A stretch of DNA of 64,000 bases. It comes from Candidatus Omnitrophota bacterium. GTDB lineage: Bacteria > Omnitrophota > Omnitrophia > Omnitrophales > Aquincolibacteriaceae. A program made the position numbers and the translations under genes. This document shows, one piece after another, positions 1 to 9,540 of the stretch (the first letter of the stretch is position 1; each line of letters opens with the position of its first letter). Location: positions 2,005-66,004 of the forward strand of contig JAYTHE010000032.1 of assembly GCA_043732705.1 (NCBI GenBank). The letters run 5' to 3'. The notes below the pieces were generated by a model. It saw nothing but the letters and a program-made list of their open reading frames with translations. It had not been told where the DNA came from and made no database searches.

Positions 1-13
1 CAAAAAACAAACT

Positions 14-556
14 ATGGCGGGAATTAATTGGAGTGGTATTGCAAACTTGAGTGCAACAGGCGTGAATTGGAACGGAGTCAATCAGGTTGCTGGTCAAATG
101 ACATCGACTTTTACCCTTGCACAGTCAGTGGAAGGAACCTCCTTTAGTATTTTAAAAACAGTCAAGGAATTGCAGGATAAGATTGGCGGGTCTGATTCTG
201 ACCAAACGCTCTTTCAAAAAACGCAGGCAATGCAGTCTTTAATCGAGCAAGTTCAAACTTTGTCGGTTGATATCGCGAAAGATACGAAAGATAACGGCAA
301 AAAGGCGACCGACATTGTCAATAAGCTCGTTGAGCTGGCTAACAAGCAGGCAAAAGACTTAAAATTTGTCGGTGACGGAGTCAAAAAGTTAAGTAAGGAA
401 CAAGAAGAGAAGATGGGTGCGGTTCAGGATAAGTTGGCAGAAGTTAAAACTTATCTCAATGCGATCAAAGAGGCGACCGATTCTCGAGATAAATACAAGG
501 ATGACCAACAGCCGACAACTGCGGTTGTTCAGTCTTGGCTTGAAGCAAGCGAATAG
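14..556 (+). CDS. hypothetical protein with no transmembrane segment
   Basis: 180-aa ORF with an AAACAAACT-ATG start context; I recognise no motif. Confidence 0.35.
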   Translation: MAGINWSGIANLSATGVNWNGVNQVAGQMTSTFTLAQSVEGTSFSILKTVKELQDKIGGSDSDQTLFQKTQAMQSLIEQVQTLSVDIAKDTKDNGKKATDIVNKLVELANKQAKDLKFVGDGVKKLSKEQEEKMGAVQDKLAEVKTYLNAIKEATDSRDKYKDDQQPTTAVVQSWLEASE

Positions 557-650
557 ACTGATAATCAGGAAGAACAGGCTCAAAAAACCCCACATTAAGC
601 CGTTAATATATTAAGTTCTTTTGATTTTAATCCAATTTGAATGGATATGA

Positions 651-2042
651 ATGGTTGCACAGTCAGTTTTTAAAATAACTCATTTTTCAGACGCATCCCG
701 CAGATTTATTTCAGCGGGATTGCTTCTTCTTCTTTTTTTCTTTTGCCGGACTGGACTTTGCGAAGATTCGATTAAGATCAAAATTTTAGCCGTTAATCCC
801 TCCTCGACAAAAAGCCTCAAAACAAAAGTCGTCCAATATCTTCCTCCGGAAGTGGGGCCTGACGATGTGTTGGATAAAGAGGGGTTGGAGATTAAGTATG
901 ACTCCGAAAAAAGATCGTATTTAATTCAAAAAGAGGTTGAGCTTAAGCCCAGTGAAGCGCAAACAATAGAAGTGCGCGTTCGCAATGTTTGGATAATTAC
1001 TCCAGAGCAAATCGATGAAGTTAAATCTCAGCTCAAACAGAGTTCAGATGCGCTTGCCAAGACTAAATTTGCCGCAACAGGAAAACTTCTTTTCGATCGG
1101 GCGAGTGAGTCAATATCGCAAATTGAGGAAAATCAAGTAAAGCCGCTTGGGATTATGCAGAGAATAGATCTTTACCGCCTGAATGTGAAGCAGTTGGAAG
1201 ACTTAAAGCAGAATGCATTGTCGCTTGAAGCGATGAGAAAATTAGAAGAAGAAAAAAAAGCGGGCATCCGCGAAGTTAAGTTTGTTGTGAGCGCCGAAAA
1301 TCCTGCCGCGAAGGAAAAGAAGCTTTCCGTGCGTAGCGATCTTCCGAAGGATGTCAAGGCGGGGGATGTTTTGGAAAAAGGCGATTTCAAGCTTGTGTTT
1401 GACAATAGAAAATCACTCCTTTCGCTTGAGCGTGAAGACACTTTAGGGCCGCATGAAGTCAGAAAATATGAAATTATAATTCGCGACATTTGGTATATTC
1501 CCCAAAGTGAGCTCGATTTCTTAAAAGGAGAACTTGAAAAGCTGGTGCCTCTTTTTGATAAAAGCCCGTATGAAGATTTTGCCGCTAAGCAGAGTGAATT
1601 TGTTACGAAGTCGATTCAAGCCATTGTCGCATTGCAGGCTGAGGTCTCTTCTTCGGCCAGTTTGGATGATCGAATCCGTGCGCATGTTCTCAATGAGCAA
1701 CGCGAGAATTCGGCTAAACGAAGAATCAAGGAACTTCAAGATTTGCTTTCTGAGGTTACTCTCAAGCCCAATGAAAAGGAAGACAAGGGGCAGCTTCAGC
1801 AGATGATCAGAAAGCTGCTTGATCTGAAAAATAAAGTTCTGATCGCGCTTGGTACGCAGCCTAAAAAAACAGTGTTTTGGTGGTTCTTTCTTGGGGTTAT
1901 CTTTTTCTTAGCGGTCGTCACGATTATTTTTTATGGTACATGGCTTAAAAAGCTCCAGGATAACAAATGGGGCGTTCAACCCGCTAAAGGCAATCCCAAG
2001 TCCGAATCTAAAGATGAATCAGCGGCCGAACCTAAACCATGA
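651..2042 (+). CDS. coiled-coil protein with an N-terminal hydrophobic segment and a C-terminal transmembrane helix; translationally coupled to the downstream ATPase alpha gene
   Basis: 463-aa ORF; stop TGA 2040-2042 overlaps the ATG of the next gene at 2039; hydrophobic stretches AGLLLLLFFFC and FWWFFLGVIFFLAVVTIIFYG; charged heptad-like repeats between them. Confidence 0.5.
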   Translation: MVAQSVFKITHFSDASRRFISAGLLLLLFFFCRTGLCEDSIKIKILAVNPSSTKSLKTKVVQYLPPEVGPDDVLDKEGLEIKYDSEKRSYLIQKEVELKPSEAQTIEVRVRNVWIITPEQIDEVKSQLKQSSDALAKTKFAATGKLLFDRASESISQIEENQVKPLGIMQRIDLYRLNVKQLEDLKQNALSLEAMRKLEEEKKAGIREVKFVVSAENPAAKEKKLSVRSDLPKDVKAGDVLEKGDFKLVFDNRKSLLSLEREDTLGPHEVRKYEIIIRDIWYIPQSELDFLKGELEKLVPLFDKSPYEDFAAKQSEFVTKSIQAIVALQAEVSSSASLDDRIRAHVLNEQRENSAKRRIKELQDLLSEVTLKPNEKEDKGQLQQMIRKLLDLKNKVLIALGTQPKKTVFWWFFLGVIFFLAVVTIIFYGTWLKKLQDNKWGVQPAKGNPKSESKDESAAEPKP

Positions 2043-3532
2043 CAGACTTAAAATACAAAGAATACGGAACTGTCAAAGCCGTTAGCGGTTGTATCGCAAA
2101 AGTAATCGGTCTGCAAAATTGTTTTTTGGGGCAGTTGGTCAAGCTCGGAAAAGGCGCGGAAGGAATTATCATGGGTTTCGATTTAGAAATCGCGCAAGTT
2201 TTGATTGTGAAAGAGGCCGAGCCTGTTAGCCCGGGATGTGAAGTGATCGGAACGTTGGAGCCGTTCAATATGCCGGTCGGGGCCAATACGATCGGAAGAA
2301 TCATGAACCCTTTGGGGGATGCGCTCGATGGATTGGGACCGATTTCATTTGATACGCGCATCCCTTACTTTAACGCCGCTCCGGCTATTATGGATCGTGA
2401 AGGTTTGGGCCGATCATTTGAAACCGGAGTGAAGCTGATCGATACCATGCTGCCTTTAGGTAAAGGACAGCGCTCATTGGTGTTGGGCGATAAGATGACA
2501 GGCAAGACAACAATTGGCACGGATATTATTGTGAATCAAAAGGGCAAAGATGTCATTTGCATTTATTGCGGTATTGGAAAAACAAAATCAGCCATGGGAC
2601 GAGTCATTGATATTTTTAAAGAAAACGGCTGTTTTGATTACACAATTATTTTGCTGGCAGCGGCATCTTCTTCGCCGGGATTACAGTATTTAGCGCCCTA
2701 CGCAGCTTGTTCGCTCGGAGAATATTTTATGTACCAGGGCAAAGATGTTTTTATTTTTTTTGATGATTTTACGACGCATGCCTGGGCCTATCGGGAATTA
2801 TCGCTCTTGATGGAAATTCCTCCAGGAAGAGACTCTTATCCGGGTGATATTTTTTATTTGCATTCGCGCATGATTGAACGCGCGGCCCAACTTGATAAAA
2901 AACACGGCGGAGGATCGATGACCTTTTTGCCGGTGGTTCAGCTTTTGGAAAGCGATATGACGGCTTATGTGCCGACTAATCTGGTTTCAATGACAGACGG
3001 ACAGCTCTCGTTAAACGCGCAGCTTTTTAATGAAAATTTTCGCCCGGCCGTGGATGTGGGGTTATCCGTTTCGCGCGTCGGAAGCCGTGTCCAATGGAAA
3101 GCGACCAAAGCGGTGACTAAGTCCTTGCGCATGGAATTCATTCAATATAAAGAATTAGTGCGTATGAGCAAACTCCAATCGGGAGGGTCGGACGAAACCC
3201 GCGAAACTTTGCGTTCAGGAAAAGTGCTTTCGGCGCTTCTCATGCAAGCGGCAGGCAAACCAGTTGCTCTCGAAATGGATATTATTATTTTTTACTCAAA
3301 AGATGTCGGTCTTTTTAAAAAAATGGAAGCCCAGCATGCTCCCGAGTTTCTGAAGGGGCTTGAAGCCTATGTGGAAAAAACAGATTCTTTGCTGCGCAGT
3401 GACATTCGCACCAAAAAAGATTTAACTGACGACTTGAAAGCAAGAATTAAAAAAATAATTGAACCCTATGTGAGCACTGTTATTAAGCAGGTGGATGACG
3501 CGAAAAAAGCCACGTTAGCTCAAATTCAATAA
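2039..3532 (+). CDS. atpA: F-type ATPase alpha-subunit-like, divergent
   Basis: Alpha-type P-loop GDKMTGKTT; N-terminal beta-barrel region resembling alpha (GRIMNPLGDALDGLGPI); full-length 497 aa. Confidence 0.8.
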   Translation: MTDLKYKEYGTVKAVSGCIAKVIGLQNCFLGQLVKLGKGAEGIIMGFDLEIAQVLIVKEAEPVSPGCEVIGTLEPFNMPVGANTIGRIMNPLGDALDGLGPISFDTRIPYFNAAPAIMDREGLGRSFETGVKLIDTMLPLGKGQRSLVLGDKMTGKTTIGTDIIVNQKGKDVICIYCGIGKTKSAMGRVIDIFKENGCFDYTIILLAAASSSPGLQYLAPYAACSLGEYFMYQGKDVFIFFDDFTTHAWAYRELSLLMEIPPGRDSYPGDIFYLHSRMIERAAQLDKKHGGGSMTFLPVVQLLESDMTAYVPTNLVSMTDGQLSLNAQLFNENFRPAVDVGLSVSRVGSRVQWKATKAVTKSLRMEFIQYKELVRMSKLQSGGSDETRETLRSGKVLSALLMQAAGKPVALEMDIIIFYSKDVGLFKKMEAQHAPEFLKGLEAYVEKTDSLLRSDIRTKKDLTDDLKARIKKIIEPYVSTVIKQVDDAKKATLAQIQ

Positions 3533-3543
3533 AGAAGTCTATT

Positions 3544-3822
3544 GTGCCAAAAGCAAAGTTTCCGCTCGAGGTTGTGAGTACGGTGGGAATTATCTTTCAA
3601 GAGGATGTTGAGTCGGTTTATTTATTCGGGGCCGAAGGAGAGTTTGAGTTGCTGCCGTACCATTTTCCGCTTGTCGCCTCGCTGGTTTCAAGCGAGATTG
3701 TGATTCAGGGGTATGATTCTTTACCGATTCAGTCAGGTGTTGTGATGTTCAGGGATAATCAGTGTACGGTTATCGCCGAAATGCAGACTGGATTTAAAAA
3801 ACTAAAAAAGGCATGGTTTTAA
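3544..3822 (+). CDS. atpC: F-type ATPase epsilon subunit, short form with beta-sandwich domain only
   Basis: LEVVS...GAEGEFELLPYHFPLVASL matches the epsilon N-terminal domain pattern; 92 aa, lacks the C-terminal helices. Confidence 0.55.
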   Translation: MPKAKFPLEVVSTVGIIFQEDVESVYLFGAEGEFELLPYHFPLVASLVSSEIVIQGYDSLPIQSGVVMFRDNQCTVIAEMQTGFKKLKKAWF

Positions 3823-4041
3823 ATGGGGCAGAACGGAGCGGTTATTTTAGTCGTGATTTGCGCCGTGTTGGGGCCGGCAGCTGTTATCGCGGTGCTGGGT
3901 GCGGCCAGTATTAAAGCTTTGGGGCGAAATCCTTCCGCGGCGCCCAAAATTTATATGGGTGTAATTTTGATGCTTGTTTTCACTGAGGCAACTTCAATTA
4001 TGGCTTTGATGGTTATTTTTCATATTTTTGGGTCGAAATGA
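3823..4041 (+). CDS. atpE: F-type ATPase c subunit (proteolipid)
   Basis: 72-aa two-helix hairpin; Gly/Ala-rich helix 1, polar loop GRNPSAAP, conserved carboxylate E in helix 2 (VFTEATSIM). Confidence 0.7.
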   Translation: MGQNGAVILVVICAVLGPAAVIAVLGAASIKALGRNPSAAPKIYMGVILMLVFTEATSIMALMVIFHIFGSK

Positions 4042-4063
4042 TTTGTAAGAAGGAACAAAACCT

Positions 4064-4789
4064 ATGATGCTTTTGCAATTTATTATTTTGCAGGTTGTTG
4101 TGTTCGGCGTGGTAATTTTCTTTTTAAAGAAAATATTTCATGGCGACACAAATAGCGCCATTCAGCGTTTAGGGAGTGTGCATCAAGATTTACTTCAAAA
4201 GCAAATCGAGCTTCAAAAGAAGAACGAAGAAATTGAAAAAGAACTGGAATTAAAACGGGAAGAGGCGAATGCTGTCGCCGAAAAAATGAGAGCGGAAGCC
4301 GCGGTCGAAATCCGCAAAAAAGAGGATGAAGTTTTGAAGGTGGCACGCACGCAGGCGGAAGAAATTATTAACAAAGCACAGTTGTCGCGTGAAGATATGG
4401 CTAAGGAAATTGAATCGCAGTTGAGCAGAAAAATGATCGGTTTTTCAGCGGAAGTCGTGAAGAAAATTATGAGTGACAAACTAGCGGCCGTGATTCATGG
4501 CGAGCTGGTTAGTGACTTTATTTTGAAAGCGAAAGGCATGGATTTGTCTTCCGCGGGCGGCGCTAATGAGATTTTTGTTGTTCGTACGCCGGTTCCTCTT
4601 AGAAAAGAAGAAATTGAAAAGATCAACGCCTTGCTTGCGAGTAAGCTCAACCGTGTTGTGCAATTCAGCGAGGTTCCTGACGCGGATTTAATCGCGGGGA
4701 TCGTAATGCAGTTTGGCTCACTGGTTCTTGACGGATCATTAACAAGTTTATTGCGCGACGCAGTCGAAAAAATTCAACAAAAATATTGA
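4064..4789 (+). CDS. F-type ATPase b/delta fusion (peripheral stalk)
   Basis: N-terminal transmembrane helix plus long charged helix (b-like); C-terminal about 100 aa resemble the delta/OSCP C-domain (GIVMQFGSLVLDGSL). Confidence 0.55.
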   Translation: MMLLQFIILQVVVFGVVIFFLKKIFHGDTNSAIQRLGSVHQDLLQKQIELQKKNEEIEKELELKREEANAVAEKMRAEAAVEIRKKEDEVLKVARTQAEEIINKAQLSREDMAKEIESQLSRKMIGFSAEVVKKIMSDKLAAVIHGELVSDFILKAKGMDLSSAGGANEIFVVRTPVPLRKEEIEKINALLASKLNRVVQFSEVPDADLIAGIVMQFGSLVLDGSLTSLLRDAVEKIQQKY

Positions 4790-4813
4790 TTTCTCGGGAT
4801 GAAGAGGTTTTGA

Positions 4814-5719
4814 ATGGGAAAAGCAACCCGGTTAAAAGCTGAGCTTGAAGATGTCGGATCTTTGCTTGAGATTTTAACTGTTTTAAAGGATGTCTCATCG
4901 AACCGTTTTTTGGTTTATTCCGGAAAAAAAATACATTATCGAAGATTTGTAGAAATCTTTATGAGTTTTTTTGAGCTCTTGGACGGCTCTCAGACAACAA
5001 GTCCGATCGTTCATAACAAAAATCAAGGGACTGATATTCTCGTACTGACTTCAGAGCTTGGATTCATGTCGCAATTGAATAGCCGGGTTAGCACGGCGGC
5101 TCTCGAAGAATACAACAAGGATCCGAATTCACGGTTGATTTGCATCGGTCAACGAGGTTCGGAAAAATGTCGGAGTATGGGAATGGTAGTTGAGAAAATA
5201 TTTTCGCCGCCTGCGTCAGACGACCGTACCGAGTTGGCTTACCAGATCCGTGACTATTTGGTGGAAAGAGTAAATAGCGGAAAAACGGGAAAAGTAGCGA
5301 TGGCCTATGTTTGGGCAAAAAGTCTGGGTGTTTTGAAACCGGTGGTCATTCCGTTACTGCCGTTTCATGATGTTCAAGACCATCACCACAAAGAGCATAA
5401 AACAAAGAGAAAAACGGGATCCGGATTACCGCATAATATTATTTTTGAAACTCAAATTGATTCGATAGTCCTGACTTTAGCGAGTATCTGGGTGCATATG
5501 CGTCTTTTTGAAATGTTGAATGATTTGCAGATTGTCGAGGCCGCCGCGCAAGCCCATCAGCTTGAATCCGCAATTGAAAGTTTGAGCGGCGAAAAGAAAA
5601 AGGTGTTAATTGATTTTAGAAAAGCGACGCGCGAGCAATTGAATGCCGCGATGCGCGGAGTCATTACATCAACCAATATGACCAAAGCAAAAATCCGGGC
5701 TAAGGCAAAGCAAGGTTAA
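4814..5719 (+). CDS. atpG: F-type ATPase gamma-subunit-like
   Basis: N-terminal helix pattern ATRLKAELEDV...LEILTVLKDVSSNRF resembles gamma; 301 aa; sits between b/delta and beta. Confidence 0.5.
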   Translation: MGKATRLKAELEDVGSLLEILTVLKDVSSNRFLVYSGKKIHYRRFVEIFMSFFELLDGSQTTSPIVHNKNQGTDILVLTSELGFMSQLNSRVSTAALEEYNKDPNSRLICIGQRGSEKCRSMGMVVEKIFSPPASDDRTELAYQIRDYLVERVNSGKTGKVAMAYVWAKSLGVLKPVVIPLLPFHDVQDHHHKEHKTKRKTGSGLPHNIIFETQIDSIVLTLASIWVHMRLFEMLNDLQIVEAAAQAHQLESAIESLSGEKKKVLIDFRKATREQLNAAMRGVITSTNMTKAKIRAKAKQG

Positions 5720-5723
5720 GTTT

Positions 5724-7211
5724 ATGAACCAAGATAATTCCATTCCCTCTGTTCAAGGCGCTGCCGAAGCAGAGGTTCCACGGCCCATTTCCGCCGTAAA
5801 ACCCTCTGAAATACCGCCCTGTTATGGGAAAATTATCGGGGTTCGCGGTCCTGTCGTGGATGTGCGGTTTGACCGCACAGAAGATATGCCCGCCACATAC
5901 GATATTTTAATCGGGCAGGGTTTTGATAAAAGAAAAATCGTCATTGAAGTCGCCGAACATCTTAGCAAAAATGATGTCCGCTGCATTTCACTCTCCGATA
6001 CTTTAAATCTGCAGCTCAACACCAAAGTCTTAAACACCCGGAAATCAGTCAGCATTCGAACAGGCGATGAGCTTTTTGGGCGAATCATTAACGTTTTTGG
6101 AGACCCAATTGATAATTTAGGGGAATTTAGCGGCGTTGATTTTCGAGTGACCCGTCGTCCTCCTCGTCCGGAACTCTTCAATATCAAAAGTAAATTTAGT
6201 TTGAAGCCTGAAGTGCTTGAAACCGGCATTAAATTTATGGATATTCTTTATCCGCTTTGCAAAGGCGGAAAAACGGGAATCCTCGGAGGCGCGGGCTGCG
6301 GTAAAAGTGTCGTGATTTTGGAATTGATCAATAATATCGTGAAGAAATACGACGGAGCCTGTGTTTTTGTCGGCATCGGTGAGCGTATCCGCGAAGGGAA
6401 TGATCTTTTCTATGAATTGAAAGAAAACCATCTTTTGCATCGCGTTAAACTTGTTTTTGGCCAAATGAATGAGCCGCCGGGTGCACGTTTTGAATGTGTG
6501 AATACCGGAATTACGCTCGCCGAAGATTTAGCGGAACAAAATAAAGACGTACTGTTATTCATGGACAATGTTTTTCGATTCATTCAGGGAGGTATGGAAA
6601 TTGCGGCTCTTTTGGGGCGTGTGCCGGGAGAATCAGGTTACCAGCCGACTTTGCAATCCGAGGTGAACGCCGTGCAGGAGCGCATCCGCTCGATTCCGGG
6701 CCGCGGATCGATTACATCGCTTCAAGCTGTTTATGTTCCTGCGGACGATATGACAGACCCCTCTGTTGTGTCCATTTTTAGCTGCTTGGATGGTGCGTTA
6801 GCGCTGTCCCGCGATTTGGCCCAGCGTGGTTTTTATCCGGCGATCGATGCTTTGAGAAGTTCCTGCACAAATCTTGATGCGCGCATTGTCGGTCAGCGTC
6901 AATACGATTTAAGTCAAAAAATGTTAGCGCTTTTTGCGAAGCATAATTCTCTGAAGCGCATTGTGCAGGTTGTGGGTGTTGAAGAACTTCCCAAAGATGA
7001 TCAATTAGATTATAAACGCGCCGAAAAATTAATTAACTTTATGACTCAACCGTTCACCGTCGGCGAAGCCTTTACAGGAAAAAAGGGCGAGTTTGTAAAA
7101 ACATCTGAGGCGGTTGATGACTGCGAGGCCATCATTAGTGGTGATTATGATAAGCTGGGCGCGCAAGAATTTTATCTTATCGGCCGGGCACCGCAGAAGA
7201 AGATGAAATAA
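5724..7211 (+). CDS. atpD: F-type ATPase beta subunit, divergent, with an N-terminal extension
   Basis: P-loop GGAGCGKSV; catalytic GERIREGNDL; DELSEED-like EELPKDDQLDYKRAEKLINFMTQPF. Confidence 0.85.
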   Translation: MNQDNSIPSVQGAAEAEVPRPISAVKPSEIPPCYGKIIGVRGPVVDVRFDRTEDMPATYDILIGQGFDKRKIVIEVAEHLSKNDVRCISLSDTLNLQLNTKVLNTRKSVSIRTGDELFGRIINVFGDPIDNLGEFSGVDFRVTRRPPRPELFNIKSKFSLKPEVLETGIKFMDILYPLCKGGKTGILGGAGCGKSVVILELINNIVKKYDGACVFVGIGERIREGNDLFYELKENHLLHRVKLVFGQMNEPPGARFECVNTGITLAEDLAEQNKDVLLFMDNVFRFIQGGMEIAALLGRVPGESGYQPTLQSEVNAVQERIRSIPGRGSITSLQAVYVPADDMTDPSVVSIFSCLDGALALSRDLAQRGFYPAIDALRSSCTNLDARIVGQRQYDLSQKMLALFAKHNSLKRIVQVVGVEELPKDDQLDYKRAEKLINFMTQPFTVGEAFTGKKGEFVKTSEAVDDCEAIISGDYDKLGAQEFYLIGRAPQKKMK

Positions 7212-7212
7212 T

Positions 7213-9540
7213 ATGATTTCTACGAACGATCGATCCACATATAAAATTTTATTGGCATCCCAAGCCATTGCTTCCGATATTTTGGAAAAAGCCCTTAAAA
7301 CTGCTGAATCCGGACCGCGTTCCTTTTGGAAAGTGCTGGCCGAATCAAGCGGTTTGGGTGAATCGGGGCTTTATGAGGTTCTTTCCAGGCAAACCGGAAC
7401 GCCGTTTGTGCAGCTCAAGAAAATGACCGTTGAGGCTAAGGCACGCGAAAAAGTTCCCGTTAAAATCGCCTGGTATTATAAATTTTTTCCTTACAAAATG
7501 GAAGAAGGCAAGGTTTGGGTCGCATTTTCTCAAATTCCCGATATTTCTATTTTGGATGAAATTCGATTCGGCATCGGAATTGACGTGATGGTTGCGTTTG
7601 CGCCAGAAAAAGAAATCGAAGAAATGCTGAATAAGCATTATGGCTTGGGCGCGGATACCGTAAATAAAATTATCAGCCAGACACCCGAGTCGGAGGCTCA
7701 CCAGACTTCCAGCTCGACGCATCAGGTGGAAGACATTGAAAAGGGAGAGGATAATGCGTCTATCGCCCAGCTTGTAAATCAAATTATTCTCGAAGCTTAC
7801 AAGAAGCGTGCAAGCGACATTCATTTAGAACCTTATCGCGGCAAAGTTCGCCTCCGTTACCGTATAGACGGTGTTTTGCATGAAGCTCCCGTGCATGCTG
7901 AAATGAAAAAGTTTTTCACTTCCATTCTTTCGCGTATCAAAATCATGTCTAATTTGAACGTCGTCGAAAAACGTTTGCCGCAAGACGGAAAAATGCGAGT
8001 TAAAACCCAGGACCAAAATTTAGATTTACGTGTTTCGTCTATCCCGACCTCGCACGGTGAAAGCATGGTGATTCGAATTTTAACTGGTAAAAATGTTTGG
8101 TCGTTGGATGCGCTTGGATTTGAGCCCCAAAATCTAGCTCAAATTAAAAATCTTTTGCAAAGACCCAATGGGATTATTTTTGCGACCGGACCGACGGGAA
8201 GCGGGAAAAGCACGACGCTTTACGCTTGTTTAACCGCACTGAATTCCGAAGAACGAAAAATCATTACGATTGAAGACCCTGTGGAGTATGAATTGGAGGG
8301 CATCAGTCAGATTCAGGTTGCGAGCGACATCGGGCTGGGTTTTTCGCAAGGATTGCGCAGTGTCTTGCGTCATGATCCTGATGTCTTGATGGTGGGCGAG
8401 GTGCGGGATTTAGAGACCGCGGACATTTCCATTCGCGCCGCTTTAACGGGCCACCTTATTTTATCGACGCTGCACACGAATGACGCGGCAAGCGGAATTA
8501 CACGCTTGACGGACATCGGTGTTGAAAAATATTTGATAGCGTCGAGCGTTGTTGCTTTTATTGCGCAGCGGCTCGTCCGTGTGATTTGTCCGAAGTGCAA
8601 AGTGGTCCGGACAGATTTAGATCAAAAAATTGAAGAACAGATGATGATAAGTTTAAGAATCAGCCCGCAGGATAAAGTTCAGACTTATCAAAGCAAAGGT
8701 TGCGACGATTGTAATGGGACGGGCTTTGCAGGACGAAGAGCCATTCATGAGGTTTTGGTCATGACGGACGAAATACGAAAGCTCATCATGGATGGAGTCC
8801 CTGCCGGTGAAATCAAACGGCACGCCATGCGTAAAGGAATGGCGTCTTTGATGCAGGATGGTTTTCGGAAAGTGCTCCAAGGGATGACGACGCCCGAAGA
8901 AATTATGCGTGTTGCTCCGTCTGACCGCGAGGCGGGGGAATCAACGTATTTGTCCATGGAAGGAATGGGTATTGAACATCTTCCTATTCCAATTAAGTCT
9001 GATGCGGGAAGAGAAAGGGAGTTTTTGGCGTCGGTCGGGGATCAGGAATCGATGTTTGTTGGTGCAACTCAAAAAGAGGTTGAAAGTCAAAGAAAATACA
9101 AAAGAATAGCAATCAGTTTGCCGCTTAGTTATCGCCTGATTGAGTATCAGGCTGAACAAGTTCCGCCGTTGTCAACGATGAAAGAGGCTATTCTTAAAAA
9201 AAACTGGGAAGCGGAAGTTCAAGATATCAGTGCCGGGGGGCTTTTATTTGCAACTGAAAATTTGAGCCTTCACACTAATGAAAAAAAGTCAGAAGCAACT
9301 AATGTCAGCGTGAGCGATATTATTAATGCTGGAAGCGTCTTAGACCTTCGGATTACATTGCCGGATGGCGAAAGTCCGGTCAATTGTATCGGACGAGTTT
9401 TGCGGGTCTCACGTTCCGTGAAAAAACAGGAGTCCACCGAACAATTTATTTTCCATGTTGCCGTGCTTTTTCTTGTGATTAATAGTCATGACCGTTTAAG
9501 AATCGAAAAATTTTGTACAATGGCAGAGAAGAAATCATGA
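7213..9540 (+). CDS. gspE: GspE/PilB-family secretion ATPase with an extra C-terminal PilZ-like domain
   Basis: GspE N-domain; Walker A GPTGSGKSTT; tetracysteine CPKC...CDDC; the final ~200 aa carry RKYKR (RxxxR) and DISAGGLLF (DxSxGG) PilZ motifs; ATG is 2 nt after the atpD stop. Confidence 0.85.
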   Translation: MISTNDRSTYKILLASQAIASDILEKALKTAESGPRSFWKVLAESSGLGESGLYEVLSRQTGTPFVQLKKMTVEAKAREKVPVKIAWYYKFFPYKMEEGKVWVAFSQIPDISILDEIRFGIGIDVMVAFAPEKEIEEMLNKHYGLGADTVNKIISQTPESEAHQTSSSTHQVEDIEKGEDNASIAQLVNQIILEAYKKRASDIHLEPYRGKVRLRYRIDGVLHEAPVHAEMKKFFTSILSRIKIMSNLNVVEKRLPQDGKMRVKTQDQNLDLRVSSIPTSHGESMVIRILTGKNVWSLDALGFEPQNLAQIKNLLQRPNGIIFATGPTGSGKSTTLYACLTALNSEERKIITIEDPVEYELEGISQIQVASDIGLGFSQGLRSVLRHDPDVLMVGEVRDLETADISIRAALTGHLILSTLHTNDAASGITRLTDIGVEKYLIASSVVAFIAQRLVRVICPKCKVVRTDLDQKIEEQMMISLRISPQDKVQTYQSKGCDDCNGTGFAGRRAIHEVLVMTDEIRKLIMDGVPAGEIKRHAMRKGMASLMQDGFRKVLQGMTTPEEIMRVAPSDREAGESTYLSMEGMGIEHLPIPIKSDAGREREFLASVGDQESMFVGATQKEVESQRKYKRIAISLPLSYRLIEYQAEQVPPLSTMKEAILKKNWEAEVQDISAGGLLFATENLSLHTNEKKSEATNVSVSDIINAGSVLDLRITLPDGESPVNCIGRVLRVSRSVKKQESTEQFIFHVAVLFLVINSHDRLRIEKFCTMAEKKS

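Noticed and set aside
5822-6464. Two minus-strand ORFs of 135 and 115 aa
   Set aside because: Antisense inside atpD, whose catalytic motifs are intact; spurious.
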